DNA of 64,000 nt. Origin: Terriglobia bacterium. Lineage in GTDB: Bacteria; Acidobacteriota; Terriglobia; JAJPHL01; JAPKYU01. The DNA lies in assembly GCA_965218055.1 (NCBI GenBank), contig CBDCKA010000002.1:931644-995643 (forward strand), written 5' to 3'. The stretch's first letter is position 1, and every line of letters begins with the position of its first letter. Under the pieces are notes generated by a model. The model ran no database searches. It was not told where the DNA came from and saw nothing but the letters and a program-made list of their open reading frames with translations. Shown here in pieces: positions 20,119-30,699 of the stretch. The translations under genes were made by a program, and so were the position numbers.

Positions 20119-21465
20119 TTACGGCAAAGTCTCCTCCCAGCCAGGAGGAAGTAACTTTACAATGTCGCTGTAGATCACAAAGCCCGCGATCAGCACCAGG
20201 AACACGAACCCCACCTGCACCATCCGCTCCTTCACCGCCAGGCTGAGGTCGCGGCGCATCACGCCTTCAATGGCCAGCAGCAGGATGACTCCCCCGTCCA
20301 GGATCGGAATCGGGAACAGGTTCAAGATCCCCAGATTGAGGCTGATGGCCGCCATCAGGTTGATGAGTTGGGGGAACCCTCGCCGGGCCGCTTCCCCCGA
20401 AAGCCGCGCAATGCCAATAGGACCCTCCAAAGTGCGCGGCGACATTTTGCGCTCCAGCATCTTTCCCAGTAAGTCAAAGATCAGCAGCGCGAACTTCTTG
20501 TTTGCGGTGACGGACTCGCTCAGCGCAGCGGGAAAGGAAAGTCGGCGCTCAATGACGTCGTTCTTCAGCTCGATGCCGATGCGCCACATTTGTTTGCCGC
20601 CCGGGACTGGGCCGAACACCGCCGCCACCTCGACCGGCAGGGTTTGCCCCTGCCTTTGGATCGTCAGTTCCAGCGGCTGCCCCTCGCTCTCCTGCACCAA
20701 TTCCGGCAGGCGCGGCCAGAACGTCAATGGCTCGCCGTTGACAGATGCCACCCGATCCCCGGGAAAAAGTCCCGCCTTTTCAGCTGGATAGCCAGGCTCA
20801 ATGCGTTTGACAATGGCTGGCAGGCGGGGACCCCACCCGGCGATGCCGACGCGGTGGCGCGGGTGGACCTCGGGAGTAATCGTGGTCCTGAATAGCTCTG
20901 CTTCGCGACGGGCGACGACCTCCAGCGGCTGGTCGGGACTGGTGATCGCCTGGATTTCGGCTGCCTCCCAGGTCGGGTTCTCCAGCTCACCGAGGCGAAC
21001 GATCAGGTCTCCCGGTCGAAGGCCCGCTTGCTCGGCAGCAGAATCCTTCTCCACATGACCAATTTCGGCCGGCCGCTCCTGGTAGGCAGGCTTTTCGTAC
21101 TTGACCATGTACAGGCCGGTCAGCAGCACGATGGCCAGCACGACGTTCATCGCCGGACCCATCAGGGCGATGATGAAGCGCTGCCACCGGGGCTTGGCCA
21201 GGAACTCGCCGGGGTCGCCGGTGCGTGGCTCGCCGGGGTTCTCCCCGGCCATCTTGACGTATCCGCCAAGCGGTAACATGCTGACCCGATAGTCGGTGTC
21301 GCCGCGCCGCCAACCCCACAGGCGCTTGCCGAATCCAATGGAAAACACGTCCACCCGTACCCCAAACCACTTGGCAGCCACGAAATGGCCCCATTCGTGG
21401 ATTAGGATCATCACGCCCAAGACCACCACGACGGCGACAATGTTAGTGAGGATGATGTAAGACAT
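20119..21465 (-). CDS. rseP: RIP metalloprotease RseP
   Basis: HEWGH, FSIGFG, PLGGYVKM, two PDZ-like segments, NLFPIPILDGG; follows dxr. Confidence 0.95.
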   Translation of the reverse strand: MSYIILTNIVAVVVVLGVMILIHEWGHFVAAKWFGVRVDVFSIGFGKRLWGWRRGDTDYRVSMLPLGGYVKMAGENPGEPRTGDPGEFLAKPRWQRFIIALMGPAMNVVLAIVLLTGLYMVKYEKPAYQERPAEIGHVEKDSAAEQAGLRPGDLIVRLGELENPTWEAAEIQAITSPDQPLEVVARREAELFRTTITPEVHPRHRVGIAGWGPRLPAIVKRIEPGYPAEKAGLFPGDRVASVNGEPLTFWPRLPELVQESEGQPLELTIQRQGQTLPVEVAAVFGPVPGGKQMWRIGIELKNDVIERRLSFPAALSESVTANKKFALLIFDLLGKMLERKMSPRTLEGPIGIARLSGEAARRGFPQLINLMAAISLNLGILNLFPIPILDGGVILLLAIEGVMRRDLSLAVKERMVQVGFVFLVLIAGFVIYSDIVKLLPPGWEETLP

Positions 21466-22644
21466 TTACCTGTTGCTCCGTTGCCGGGTGGTTTGGCGCG
21501 CCACCCGCCGCGCTTCCCGGTCGCAGTCCAGAATCTGGTCCAGCGTAGTTGCCGGACGGGGAGCCACCTTCCCCAGGGTTTCTTCGATCACCTCCGGCAT
21601 GGCCAGGAAAGGAATCTGACCGGCCAGGAAGGCCTCCACCGCCACTTCGTCGGCGGCGTTGAGCACGCAGGTAGCGGTTCCGCCGGCGGCCAGAGCTTGG
21701 TTGGCCAGATCCAGGCACCGAAACCGCTGGCGGTCCGGCAGCTGGAATTCCAGCTTCCCCAACGCCTCGGGCCCCAGGTGGTGATGATTGGTAGCTACCC
21801 GCTCCGGGTAGGTGAGGACGTATTGGATGGGGATCCGCATGTCGGTCGGGGAAAGCTGGGCCAGGATCGAGCCGTCCACGAACTCCACCAGGGAGTGCAC
21901 AATCGATTGGGGATGGATGAACACCTCCACCTGGTCCGGCCGGAAGCCGAACAGCCAGTGTGCTTCGATCACCTCAAAGCCTTTGTTCATCAATGTAGCC
22001 GAATCTATGGTGATGCGGTCTCCCATGCGCCAGGTGGGGTGGCGCAATGCCTGTTCGGCCGTGACTCCCTGCAATTCGGTTTCGGCCATGTCACGGAACG
22101 GTCCACCGGAAGCAGTCAGAATCAACCTGCGCACCTCTTCGCGCCGGCCTCCTCGCAAGCACTGGTGCAGCCCGTTATGCTCGCTATCGACCGGCAGAAT
22201 CTCCACGCCGGAGCGCGCGGCGACGGCGGTCATCAGTTCCCCGGCAGCCACCAGCACCTCCTTGTTGGCCAGCGCAACCCGCTTGCCCAGGCGGACGGCT
22301 TCGTAGGTCGCCGGCAGGCCCGCCACTCCCACGGTGGCCGAAACCACCAGATCCGCTTCCGGGTCCGAAGCCACCGTAATCATGCCTTCCGACCCGCTCA
22401 ACAGCTCCGGTAGCGGCACCCCCATCTGTGTAAGACGGCTGCGGAGCGCGTCCCGATTCGCTCCTTCTTGGATAGACACCAGCTTGGGGCGGAACCGGGC
22501 GATCTGTTCGGCCAGCAATTCCAGGTTTCGACCGGCGGTCAGCCCCTGGACGCGAAACCGCCCGGGGAAGCAATCGACGACTTCCAGAGTATTCCGGCCA
22601 ATGGAGCCGGTGCTGCCGAGAATGGCCAGATCCCTTGGTTTCAT
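21466..22644 (-). CDS. dxr: 1-deoxy-D-xylulose 5-phosphate reductoisomerase
   Basis: ILGSTGSIG, ALANKE, PVDSEH, LTASGGPF, HPTW.MG..ITIDSATLMNKGFE, NAADEVAV; ATG overlaps the cdsA stop. Confidence 0.96.
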   Translation of the reverse strand: MKPRDLAILGSTGSIGRNTLEVVDCFPGRFRVQGLTAGRNLELLAEQIARFRPKLVSIQEGANRDALRSRLTQMGVPLPELLSGSEGMITVASDPEADLVVSATVGVAGLPATYEAVRLGKRVALANKEVLVAAGELMTAVAARSGVEILPVDSEHNGLHQCLRGGRREEVRRLILTASGGPFRDMAETELQGVTAEQALRHPTWRMGDRITIDSATLMNKGFEVIEAHWLFGFRPDQVEVFIHPQSIVHSLVEFVDGSILAQLSPTDMRIPIQYVLTYPERVATNHHHLGPEALGKLEFQLPDRQRFRCLDLANQALAAGGTATCVLNAADEVAVEAFLAGQIPFLAMPEVIEETLGKVAPRPATTLDQILDCDREARRVARQTTRQRSNR

Positions 22645-23522
22645 TGCAGTGCCAAAAGCAAACGGGGGCTGCGCAGCGAAAGAATGTACCACAGGGTGGG
22701 CACAGCAAACAGCAGCGCGTCCACGCGATCCAGCAGTCCGCCGTGTCCGGGCAGGATGCTGGAAGAGTCCTTCACGCCGGCGCTGCGCTTGAGTCCCGAC
22801 TCGACCAGGTCTCCAACTTGACCGGCTACGTTGACCAGCAGGGCGGTGGCCGCGCTCCAGGTGTAGGAAACGCTGGCCAGGGAATGGGATGTGGTGATCC
22901 CGGCCTCGGCGATCCGCGCTATGAGGACCGGGTAGAGGATGCCAAACCCCACCCCGGCGGCCAGCGAGGCCAGGGCGCCTTCCCAGGTTTTGCCCGGGCT
23001 GATTTGTGGCGCCATCCGATGGCGCCCCGCCACGCGCCCTGCAAAATAGGCGGCCGTTTCGTTGACCCAGGTCAGCAGCAGCACGTAGAGCACCCACTGG
23101 GGACCATCCGGAAGCCGTCGCAAATCGGCCAGCATCGCCATGGGCAACCCGATGTAGAGGATGCCGAGGACAGTGGCCGCGGCTCCAGGCAGAACCTTGT
23201 CCAAAGAGCGCGGCGGCCGCAGAACCAGCGCCAGCGCCAGCATCACCAGCAGGGGAACGACGGTCCCCGCCCCCGGCGGCCAGACCACCAGAGCTACTAC
23301 GGCGACAAACGACAAGGCCCGCAGCGGCGCCTGTCCCGCCTTTCCCGCCAGGTCCAGATACTCACGCAACGTGAGCAGAGCGACCAGGACCACCACCACT
23401 TCGAACAGCACTCGCGGCGCTCCCACCACCAATGCCAGAATGATGGGAATTAGGACAGCGGCCGTGAGCACCCGGTTCCGGGTACTGCTGGGAGCCTGGC
23501 TGAGAACTGGTGCTTTGGCCAT
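22641..23522 (-). CDS. cdsA: Phosphatidate cytidylyltransferase
   Basis: AYFAGR, ISPGKTWEG, GDLVESGLKRSAGVKDS...PGHGGLLDRVD. Confidence 0.95.
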   Translation of the reverse strand: MAKAPVLSQAPSSTRNRVLTAAVLIPIILALVVGAPRVLFEVVVVLVALLTLREYLDLAGKAGQAPLRALSFVAVVALVVWPPGAGTVVPLLVMLALALVLRPPRSLDKVLPGAAATVLGILYIGLPMAMLADLRRLPDGPQWVLYVLLLTWVNETAAYFAGRVAGRHRMAPQISPGKTWEGALASLAAGVGFGILYPVLIARIAEAGITTSHSLASVSYTWSAATALLVNVAGQVGDLVESGLKRSAGVKDSSSILPGHGGLLDRVDALLFAVPTLWYILSLRSPRLLLALQ

Positions 23523-23578
23523 GGATTGTCGCTAGACGGGTTGCCGCTGGAAAGATGAGTGAATTCGGCCTGCCGCGA

Positions 23579-24412
<834 letters not shown>

Positions 24413-24537
24413 CGGTTCACTCTCTATTGCAAAGCTAATTCACTAGAATACCACAGACCAGGAAGCCTTCAGTGATCCGCCGCCAGTAAACATTTGAGTG
24501 CAAAGGCCAATCTGAGACAACGCTGAAGGCTGAACGC

Positions 24538-27500
24538 TTACTGAACGGCGATGGTGGCGGTGTTGCTTTGGAAGCCGCCCTGGGTGAGCACGACCGGCAC
24601 GATGTCGCCCGGTGTGATACCCGCAGGCACTTGGGCGTTGACCTGGTAGACGCCCACGAAGCGCGGCGCCAGCCCCGCAAAGCTTACCGTCGCCGGCTGG
24701 CCGCCGATCGTCACCATGACCGGCGTTGTCACCGTGGCCAGCGGACCGGCCGGCCCAGGGTCGCCCGAAGGCACCGCGGGCTCGGTAGCCCCCAGTCCTG
24801 TGCAGAAGATCGAGATGAAGCCGCCGATTTCGGCCGGCTCGCTGGGCACGTTGGGCGTCTCCGGCATCGCCAGGCGGTTGGTGTTGGCAATCAGGATCGC
24901 GCCCTGGTCGCCGAACGGCGGCCCTAGCGTGAAGATTCCGGGACGATTTGCGGCGGTCTGAAGCGGCTCAGGTGAGCTGAGCACCCCATTGGCCTCCACC
25001 AGCACCTGCAGCTGCCGGTCCGCTTCCAGCTCGAACGGCACCTGCGCGTTCACCTGCCCTGGGCCGGCGAAGAACAGCGGCGCTTCCTGGCCGCCGATCA
25101 GCACCCGCACCAGGCCAAGGGAGCGCGGTAACGGCAGTTCGGACGCGAGGTTGTTGCCCGCCGCCAGATTCTGCCCAAACAGCGAAACGATGCTGCCTGG
25201 GGCTAGGGGCCCGGGTGTAAAGCCGGCGCCCAGAACCACGCCTCCCTGGTTCAGGATGGCCGCCTGCGGATTCGGGTTCGGGACCACCTGAGCTGTGGCA
25301 GTGACCTCTCCCTCCAGGCCGCTGGACAAGCCCCGCGCCGTCACCACCACCTGCGAACTGGCCTGGTTGGGGCGCCAGGTCCCTACATATTGGCCATTCT
25401 TCAAGTCGGTCAGCGTCAGCGTAGGATCGCCGCTGGAGAACGACAGCACCACGGAGCCGCCCACCGCCGCGTTACCACAGTCGTCGCGCGCGTTCACCAA
25501 CACCACGGTGGGGAAGCCGACCTCCGAGCTGAAGTTGGCGAACAGGCTGGTGAACTGCAAAACCAGCTCCGTGGCAGTGCACTCCTCACTGCCCTGCGCC
25601 GGCCGGACAAAGCCGTCGCTCAGGGCGGCGGCGGATGCCGCCGCGCCTGGCGGCAGAACCAGGAACAGCAACCGCACCGGATGCAGTTCTCCGTCATTCC
25701 GCGTCAGTACGGTCAGCCCGGCCCGGTACACATCGGCCGTCAGGTCTCCCAGCTCCGGCTGCACCACGATCCGTCCAGGGGTGTCGCGAGTGGCCCTACC
25801 GACGTCCGGTGCGCGCTTCACCCATGGTGCGTCGATGGGCACGCTGATGAACTCCACCAGCTCCGCTTCGGTGGTGGCCACCGTTACGTTCTGTGAGCCG
25901 GGCGAGGAGCTGCCCTCTGCGGCCACGAAGATCATCCCGGTGGGTCGCACCACGTTGCCTAACCGCGTACCTGGCGGCAGCACTTGCAAATCCACCTTCA
26001 CGACTTGCGGCGAGTTGTTGGCCCCGGCCGATCTAACCTCGACCAAACCCACGTAGAAGCCAGCCGCTAGCCCCGCGGGATCCACCGAGACGGTCACCAG
26101 AGGGATCTCGCTGGCCCCGGCATTGCTGCTGCCGGCCGCCTGAGAAACACGCAGCCAGCTTGCAGTGGTCTCGGCCGTCCAGTCCAGGCTGCCGCTGCCG
26201 ACGTTCAGCACGCCGAAGGTCTGCGGCGGCTCAGACCCGCCAGCTTCCACAGCTCGGAATGGTAAGCCGGTCTCGCTGAGCAACAGCACCCCATCGGGCG
26301 CGGTAACAAGCAAGCTCACCGACACGGTGACGCTCTGGTTGGTGTCGGCGCTGCCCACGGTGATGGAGCCTGAATGCGAACCGGCCGCCAACCCTGCCGG
26401 GTTCACGTTGATTTGCAGGCTGACCGGCGTGCCGGCCGACACGCTGCCCGAAGTCGCTGAAACGGCCAGCCAATTGCCACTGACCGTGCTAGCCTCAGCC
26501 ATCCAGCCTATCGTGCCGCTACCGGTATTCTCGATGCGCAGCGACTGCGCCGGTGGCGCCGGCGCTCCGGCTACCACCTGGAAACTCAAGTCCGACGGTC
26601 CGACCGACAAGCTGGGCGGCTGCGCTTCCGTGACTGTGAAGGTGACCAAGATGGTCGCCAGCGAGGGCATCGCCGCCGGAGCAGAAATCTCGATGCTAGC
26701 TTGGTGGGTCGCCTCAGACAGGTTCGTCGCATCGGCGGAGACCGAAACCGTGGCCGGCATCTGCCCGGATGAGGACGACACACTCAGCCAGCTGCTGCCG
26801 GCAACCACCGTGGCCTGCCAGGGCAGACCGGCGACGCTGCTGCTCAGCGTCAGTTGTTCGGGAGCACCTGCAGTGGAGCCCGCAGTGGCCGAAAAGTCCA
26901 GGCTGGCGGGAGAGACGGAGAAGGAAGGCGCAGCGGCGAATAGAACCTTGCGGATGCGCTCGTTGAACTGGTCGGCGATGTAGAGGTTACCGGCCGCATC
27001 CATCGCCACACCGAGGGGGTTATTCAGCCTAGCGCTGGTGGCCGGACCCCCATCGCTGGAAAAGCCTCCAGCGTCAAAGCCCGTGGGTCCGCTGCCGGCC
27101 ATGGTGGTGATAATCCCGTCGGGGCTGACCTTGCGCACGCGCTGGTTGTACGTGTCAGCGATGTAGAGGTTGCCGGCCGCATCTACAACGACATCTCCGG
27201 GAAAGGCCAATGACGCGCTAGTGGCCGGACCACCATCGCCAGAAAAACCACCACCGTCAATGCCCGCAGCGCCGCTACCGGCCACGGTGGTGATGACCCC
27301 GCCGGTATCAACCTTGCGGATGCGGTGGTTCAACTGGTCGGCGATGTAGAGGTTGCCGGCCGCGTCCACCGCCACACCTGTAGGGCGTGCTAACGAGGCG
27401 TTGACCGCCGGTCCGCCATCCCCCGAAAAGCCCAAATCTCCATTGCCCGCCACGGTCGTGATCGTCCCGTCGAGGCTAACCTTGCGGATTCGGTCGTTAA

Positions 27501-28791
27501 ACGTGTCGGCGATGTAGAGGTTGCCGGCCGCATCTACTGCCACACCTGCAGGTCGATTTAGCGAGGCACTGGTGGCCGGCCCGCCATCGCCAATGTCAGG
27601 AAAGAGAGGAGACCCCCCGCCCGCCACGGCGGTGATAACGCCACCAAGGCTGACCTTGCGGACGCGGTCGTTGAACTGGTCGGCGATGTAAAGGTTACCC
27701 GCCGGATCCACTGCCACACCCGCAGCTTCATTTAGCGAGGCACTGGTGGCCGGCCCGCCATCGCCAATGTCAGGAAAGAGAGGAGACCCCCCGCCCGCCA
27801 CGGTGGTGATAATCCCACCAGGGCTGACCTTGCGGACGCGGTCGTTGAACTGGTCAGCGATGTAGAGGTTACCCGCCGGATCCACTGCCACACCCGCAGG
27901 TTCATTTAGCGAGGCACTGGTGGCCGGCCCACCATCGCCCCGGAATCTGAATCCTCCGTTGCCGGCCATGGTGGTGATAATGCCATCGGGGCTTACCTTG
28001 CGAATGCGGTCGTTACCATGGTCGGCGATGTAAAGGTTACCCGCCGGATCCACTGCCACACCCGCAGGTTCATTTAGCGAGGCACTGGTGGCCGGCCCGC
28101 CATCGCCGGAAAACCCTTCCTGTCCGTCGCCGGCCACCGTGGTGATAATCCCGCTGGGGTTGACCTTGCGGATGCGGTTGTTGAACGTGTCGGCGATGTA
28201 AAGGTTACCAGCGGGATCCATCGCCACACCTTCAGGCATATTTAGCAAGGCACTAGTAGCCAAACTGCCATCACCGGAAAAGCCTCCGGCGTCAAAACCT
28301 GTGGGTCCGCTGCCGGCCACGGTGGTGATGGTCCCATCGGGGCTGACCTTGCGGATGCGGTTATTACCAAAGTCGCCGATGTAGAGGTTGCCAGCCGCAT
28401 CTACTGCCGCACCTGCAGGTTGACTTAGCGAGGCACTGGTGGCCGGCCCGCCATCGCCAGAAAATCCGTGGAATCCGTTTCCCGCCACCACGGTGAGCAC
28501 GCCGGTGGGGGAAATCTTCACCACGAGGTTGTTGTCAGAATCAGCCGCGAGTACATTGCCGTCCAAGTCAACCGCAACGCCCCCGATTCTTCCCAGGGGC
28601 GCATCCGTCGCCGGCAGCGGTCCGGTAGGGAAGATCCACTCGCTGCCGGCCACGGTGGTGATGACGCCCTGGGCGTGGCAGTGAAAAGGGAAAAAGGCAA
28701 AAGGTAAAAGGATTGCCAGGCAGAGAATGGCAAGGGGGTGCTTTGACCTACGGACCAAGCCCGGCAGTCTGTGCCGCAGAATGCGCTTCAT
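24538..28791 (-). CDS. Large secreted NHL-repeat / BACON-Ig-like protein with Solibacter-type C-terminal domain
   Basis: Signal peptide; about 10 repeats of GDGGPATSASLN.P.GVAVD.AGNLYIAD; Ig-like/BACON modules (SWLSVS); C-terminal APGSIVSLFGQNL, PLFFAGPGQVNAQVP, FAGLAP.FVGVYQVN typical of the Acidobacteria-expanded C-terminal domain. Confidence 0.85.
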   Translation of the reverse strand: MKRILRHRLPGLVRRSKHPLAILCLAILLPFAFFPFHCHAQGVITTVAGSEWIFPTGPLPATDAPLGRIGGVAVDLDGNVLAADSDNNLVVKISPTGVLTVVAGNGFHGFSGDGGPATSASLSQPAGAAVDAAGNLYIGDFGNNRIRKVSPDGTITTVAGSGPTGFDAGGFSGDGSLATSALLNMPEGVAMDPAGNLYIADTFNNRIRKVNPSGIITTVAGDGQEGFSGDGGPATSASLNEPAGVAVDPAGNLYIADHGNDRIRKVSPDGIITTMAGNGGFRFRGDGGPATSASLNEPAGVAVDPAGNLYIADQFNDRVRKVSPGGIITTVAGGGSPLFPDIGDGGPATSASLNEAAGVAVDPAGNLYIADQFNDRVRKVSLGGVITAVAGGGSPLFPDIGDGGPATSASLNRPAGVAVDAAGNLYIADTFNDRIRKVSLDGTITTVAGNGDLGFSGDGGPAVNASLARPTGVAVDAAGNLYIADQLNHRIRKVDTGGVITTVAGSGAAGIDGGGFSGDGGPATSASLAFPGDVVVDAAGNLYIADTYNQRVRKVSPDGIITTMAGSGPTGFDAGGFSSDGGPATSARLNNPLGVAMDAAGNLYIADQFNERIRKVLFAAAPSFSVSPASLDFSATAGSTAGAPEQLTLSSSVAGLPWQATVVAGSSWLSVSSSSGQMPATVSVSADATNLSEATHQASIEISAPAAMPSLATILVTFTVTEAQPPSLSVGPSDLSFQVVAGAPAPPAQSLRIENTGSGTIGWMAEASTVSGNWLAVSATSGSVSAGTPVSLQINVNPAGLAAGSHSGSITVGSADTNQSVTVSVSLLVTAPDGVLLLSETGLPFRAVEAGGSEPPQTFGVLNVGSGSLDWTAETTASWLRVSQAAGSSNAGASEIPLVTVSVDPAGLAAGFYVGLVEVRSAGANNSPQVVKVDLQVLPPGTRLGNVVRPTGMIFVAAEGSSSPGSQNVTVATTEAELVEFISVPIDAPWVKRAPDVGRATRDTPGRIVVQPELGDLTADVYRAGLTVLTRNDGELHPVRLLFLVLPPGAAASAAALSDGFVRPAQGSEECTATELVLQFTSLFANFSSEVGFPTVVLVNARDDCGNAAVGGSVVLSFSSGDPTLTLTDLKNGQYVGTWRPNQASSQVVVTARGLSSGLEGEVTATAQVVPNPNPQAAILNQGGVVLGAGFTPGPLAPGSIVSLFGQNLAAGNNLASELPLPRSLGLVRVLIGGQEAPLFFAGPGQVNAQVPFELEADRQLQVLVEANGVLSSPEPLQTAANRPGIFTLGPPFGDQGAILIANTNRLAMPETPNVPSEPAEIGGFISIFCTGLGATEPAVPSGDPGPAGPLATVTTPVMVTIGGQPATVSFAGLAPRFVGVYQVNAQVPAGITPGDIVPVVLTQGGFQSNTATIAVQ
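27500..28200. repeat. Near-identical intragenic tandem repeats (168-174 bp NHL units)
   Basis: TTTAGCGAGGCACTGGTGGCCGGCCC recurs at about 27557, 27731, 27905 and 28073 (spacing 174, 174, 168 bp). Confidence 0.85.
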
Positions 28792-28997
28792 GGCATTGCC
28801 CCTTGCTGCCACGCATTCTAGCACGCGGTCACACGGACGGCTGCCATGTGTCCCACTGGGGGTCCAGCCTCGGCCAGGCGTATGATCCGAAGAGTTGGTT
28901 CAGCGGCAGATTCGCAGATTTCCCACAGCAACCCTGCCAGGGTATCTGCATCGGTGGACCCGCCTCTGGAATTTCGTGTTAATCCGAGCGATTCCCT

Positions 28998-30530
28998 TTA
29001 GATTTCGAAGTGGACGCCGTAGCGGACGGGCGCACCGTTCTCGCGCGGGATGATGCGGACGACGCGGCTCGGTGTCTCGAGTAAATCCGGCATGTCTTCC
29101 TGGTAGTGCAGCGCCACCCAGACCATGCTGTTCAGCTCATAGCTGTGGTCGCTCTCAAAACAGAGGCCGCGGCGTGAGACGTTGATGGGTTCCAAGACCT
29201 CGACCAAGTCCGGGCGGCGAATGCGCGCCCGGGTTCGCACATGGAGGCGGCGCGTGGTTCGCCGGTCATCCCATCTGACATTGCCGGAGAAACCGGCGAC
29301 AAACTGCTGGGTCGTTGTGAGCGACGGCCCGCGGCGCGCACCGGTAGCCGCCACAGGTTCGGCGGCCGCCACCGGTTCGGCAGCTACTGGCGCTTCAGCG
29401 GGCTGCGCCGTTGCCGCAGTTGGCTCGGCAGCCATCACTGGCTCGAGCACTGGCTCGGGCACCGGCTCGGGAGCCGCCACCGGTTCGGCAGCTACTGGCA
29501 CTTCGGCGGGCTGCGCCGTTGCCGCAGGTGGCTCGGCAGCCATCACTGGCTCGGGCACCGGCTCGGCGGCCAACACCGGTTCGGGCACCGGTTCGGCAGC
29601 TACTGGCGCTTCGGCGGGCTGCGCCGTTGCAGGACGTGACGTAGCGGCCGCGCGGGCCACTTCAGCGCGCACGGCAGCGAAGGCAGCCTCGGCCTGTTTG
29701 AGATGGCGGCGCGCCTCGACCAGCTTTTGGTCGGCGCCTTTCTTATCCGCACGCAGCGCTTGCAGGTCGCTGGTGCCAGCTGCGGCGCGCGCGCAAGCGT
29801 CGGCAGCTTCGCGGGTGAGCTTCTTCGCGCGATCGCGCACCAGTACGGCGCGGTCGGCCATCTCCTCCAGTTCGCCGCGGAGGGACTGGGCCGCACGCAA
29901 GGCAACGGCCATCGCTTCCCGCTGCGTCACTTCCAGAGTGCGGGTCTGCTCGGCGACGTGCGCGTCGAGCAGTTGCGTATAGTCGCCAGCGCGCACCACC
30001 GTGCCTTCGGCCTCGACAACGCAGGCGGCCGCTTCGCGGGCCGCCGCTTCGTCCGCCCCCGCACGCGGCGTTTCGCCGGCCGCCCCTTCGATCGTACCCG
30101 CACGCGCCGCTTCGCCAGCCGCCCCTTCGTCCGCGCCCGCACGCGCCGCTTCGGCTCCTGACCCTGTGGCTATCCTGGCGATGGCCGCCCTTCCCATCTC
30201 GTTCTGCTCGCGCGCCTCAGGGGTTTCTTCCGGCAGCGGCGGAGCCGACGCTGTCTCGTTTAGCTCCCAGATGTCCACCGCCGGGTCGGCCGGCGCCAGG
30301 CGGACCTGCCGCGGCGCCGGAGCGCTTTCCACTACGAAATCTGCCTGCCTGCCGTTCTCCAGGTTGTAGATCGTTAGCGTCGTCCCGACCACCACCGGGT
30401 GGCGGAGGAGGATGGTAGCCGCGGCAGGCCCGACAGTCAGCGTGTAGGTATGCTCGCGAAACGCACCCGTGTTCGGGTTCAGGTCAAAGACCGCAATGCG
30501 GATGCGCTGCTCGCGTTCGAGTAGGGCCAT
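28998..30530 (-). CDS. PilZ-domain protein with degenerate N-terminal PilZ-like domain, coiled coil and Ala/Pro/Glu repeats
   Basis: C-terminal DRRTTRR (RxxxR) and NVSRRG (NxSxxG). Start set at MALLERE (30530) because the ORF-track start overlaps the neighbouring gene. Confidence 0.72.
   Translation of the reverse strand: MALLEREQRIRIAVFDLNPNTGAFREHTYTLTVGPAAATILLRHPVVVGTTLTIYNLENGRQADFVVESAPAPRQVRLAPADPAVDIWELNETASAPPLPEETPEAREQNEMGRAAIARIATGSGAEAARAGADEGAAGEAARAGTIEGAAGETPRAGADEAAAREAAACVVEAEGTVVRAGDYTQLLDAHVAEQTRTLEVTQREAMAVALRAAQSLRGELEEMADRAVLVRDRAKKLTREAADACARAAAGTSDLQALRADKKGADQKLVEARRHLKQAEAAFAAVRAEVARAAATSRPATAQPAEAPVAAEPVPEPVLAAEPVPEPVMAAEPPAATAQPAEVPVAAEPVAAPEPVPEPVLEPVMAAEPTAATAQPAEAPVAAEPVAAAEPVAATGARRGPSLTTTQQFVAGFSGNVRWDDRRTTRRLHVRTRARIRRPDLVEVLEPINVSRRGLCFESDHSYELNSMVWVALHYQEDMPDLLETPSRVVRIIPRENGAPVRYGVHFEI
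29341..29640. repeat. Intragenic low-complexity repeats (AAEPV / ATAQPAEAPV)
   Basis: Repeated CCGGTTCGGCAGCTACTGGC / GGGCTGCGCCGTTGC blocks. Confidence 0.8.
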
Positions 30531-30699
30531 GGGAATGGGCTCACAGGGTGAACAGTATAGCACTGGAGAGCGCGGAGGAACCGGAAAGAAAGGATCCACC
30601 GCCGGGCGCGGGAATTCAGGTGCCATCATAGTCCTTCTTTGACGCGGTGGCGATTCCCAGGGCCATGTAGTCGGGCGGCTTCCCTCTGTAGGGACTGGC

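Noticed and set aside
21466-23097. 543-aa extended dxr ORF
   Set aside because: The N-terminal 150 codons overlap cdsA in another frame; Dxr homology starts at MKPRDLAILGSTGS (22644).
24466-24530. GCCTTCAG...CTGAAGGC inverted repeat after the NHL gene
   Set aside because: The loop is long and there is no U-tract; insufficient for a terminator call.
27000-29700. Possible CRISPR array from regularly spaced repeats
   Set aside because: The repeats are in-frame coding units (NHL blades, AAEPV repeats) without unique spacers, and there are no cas genes.
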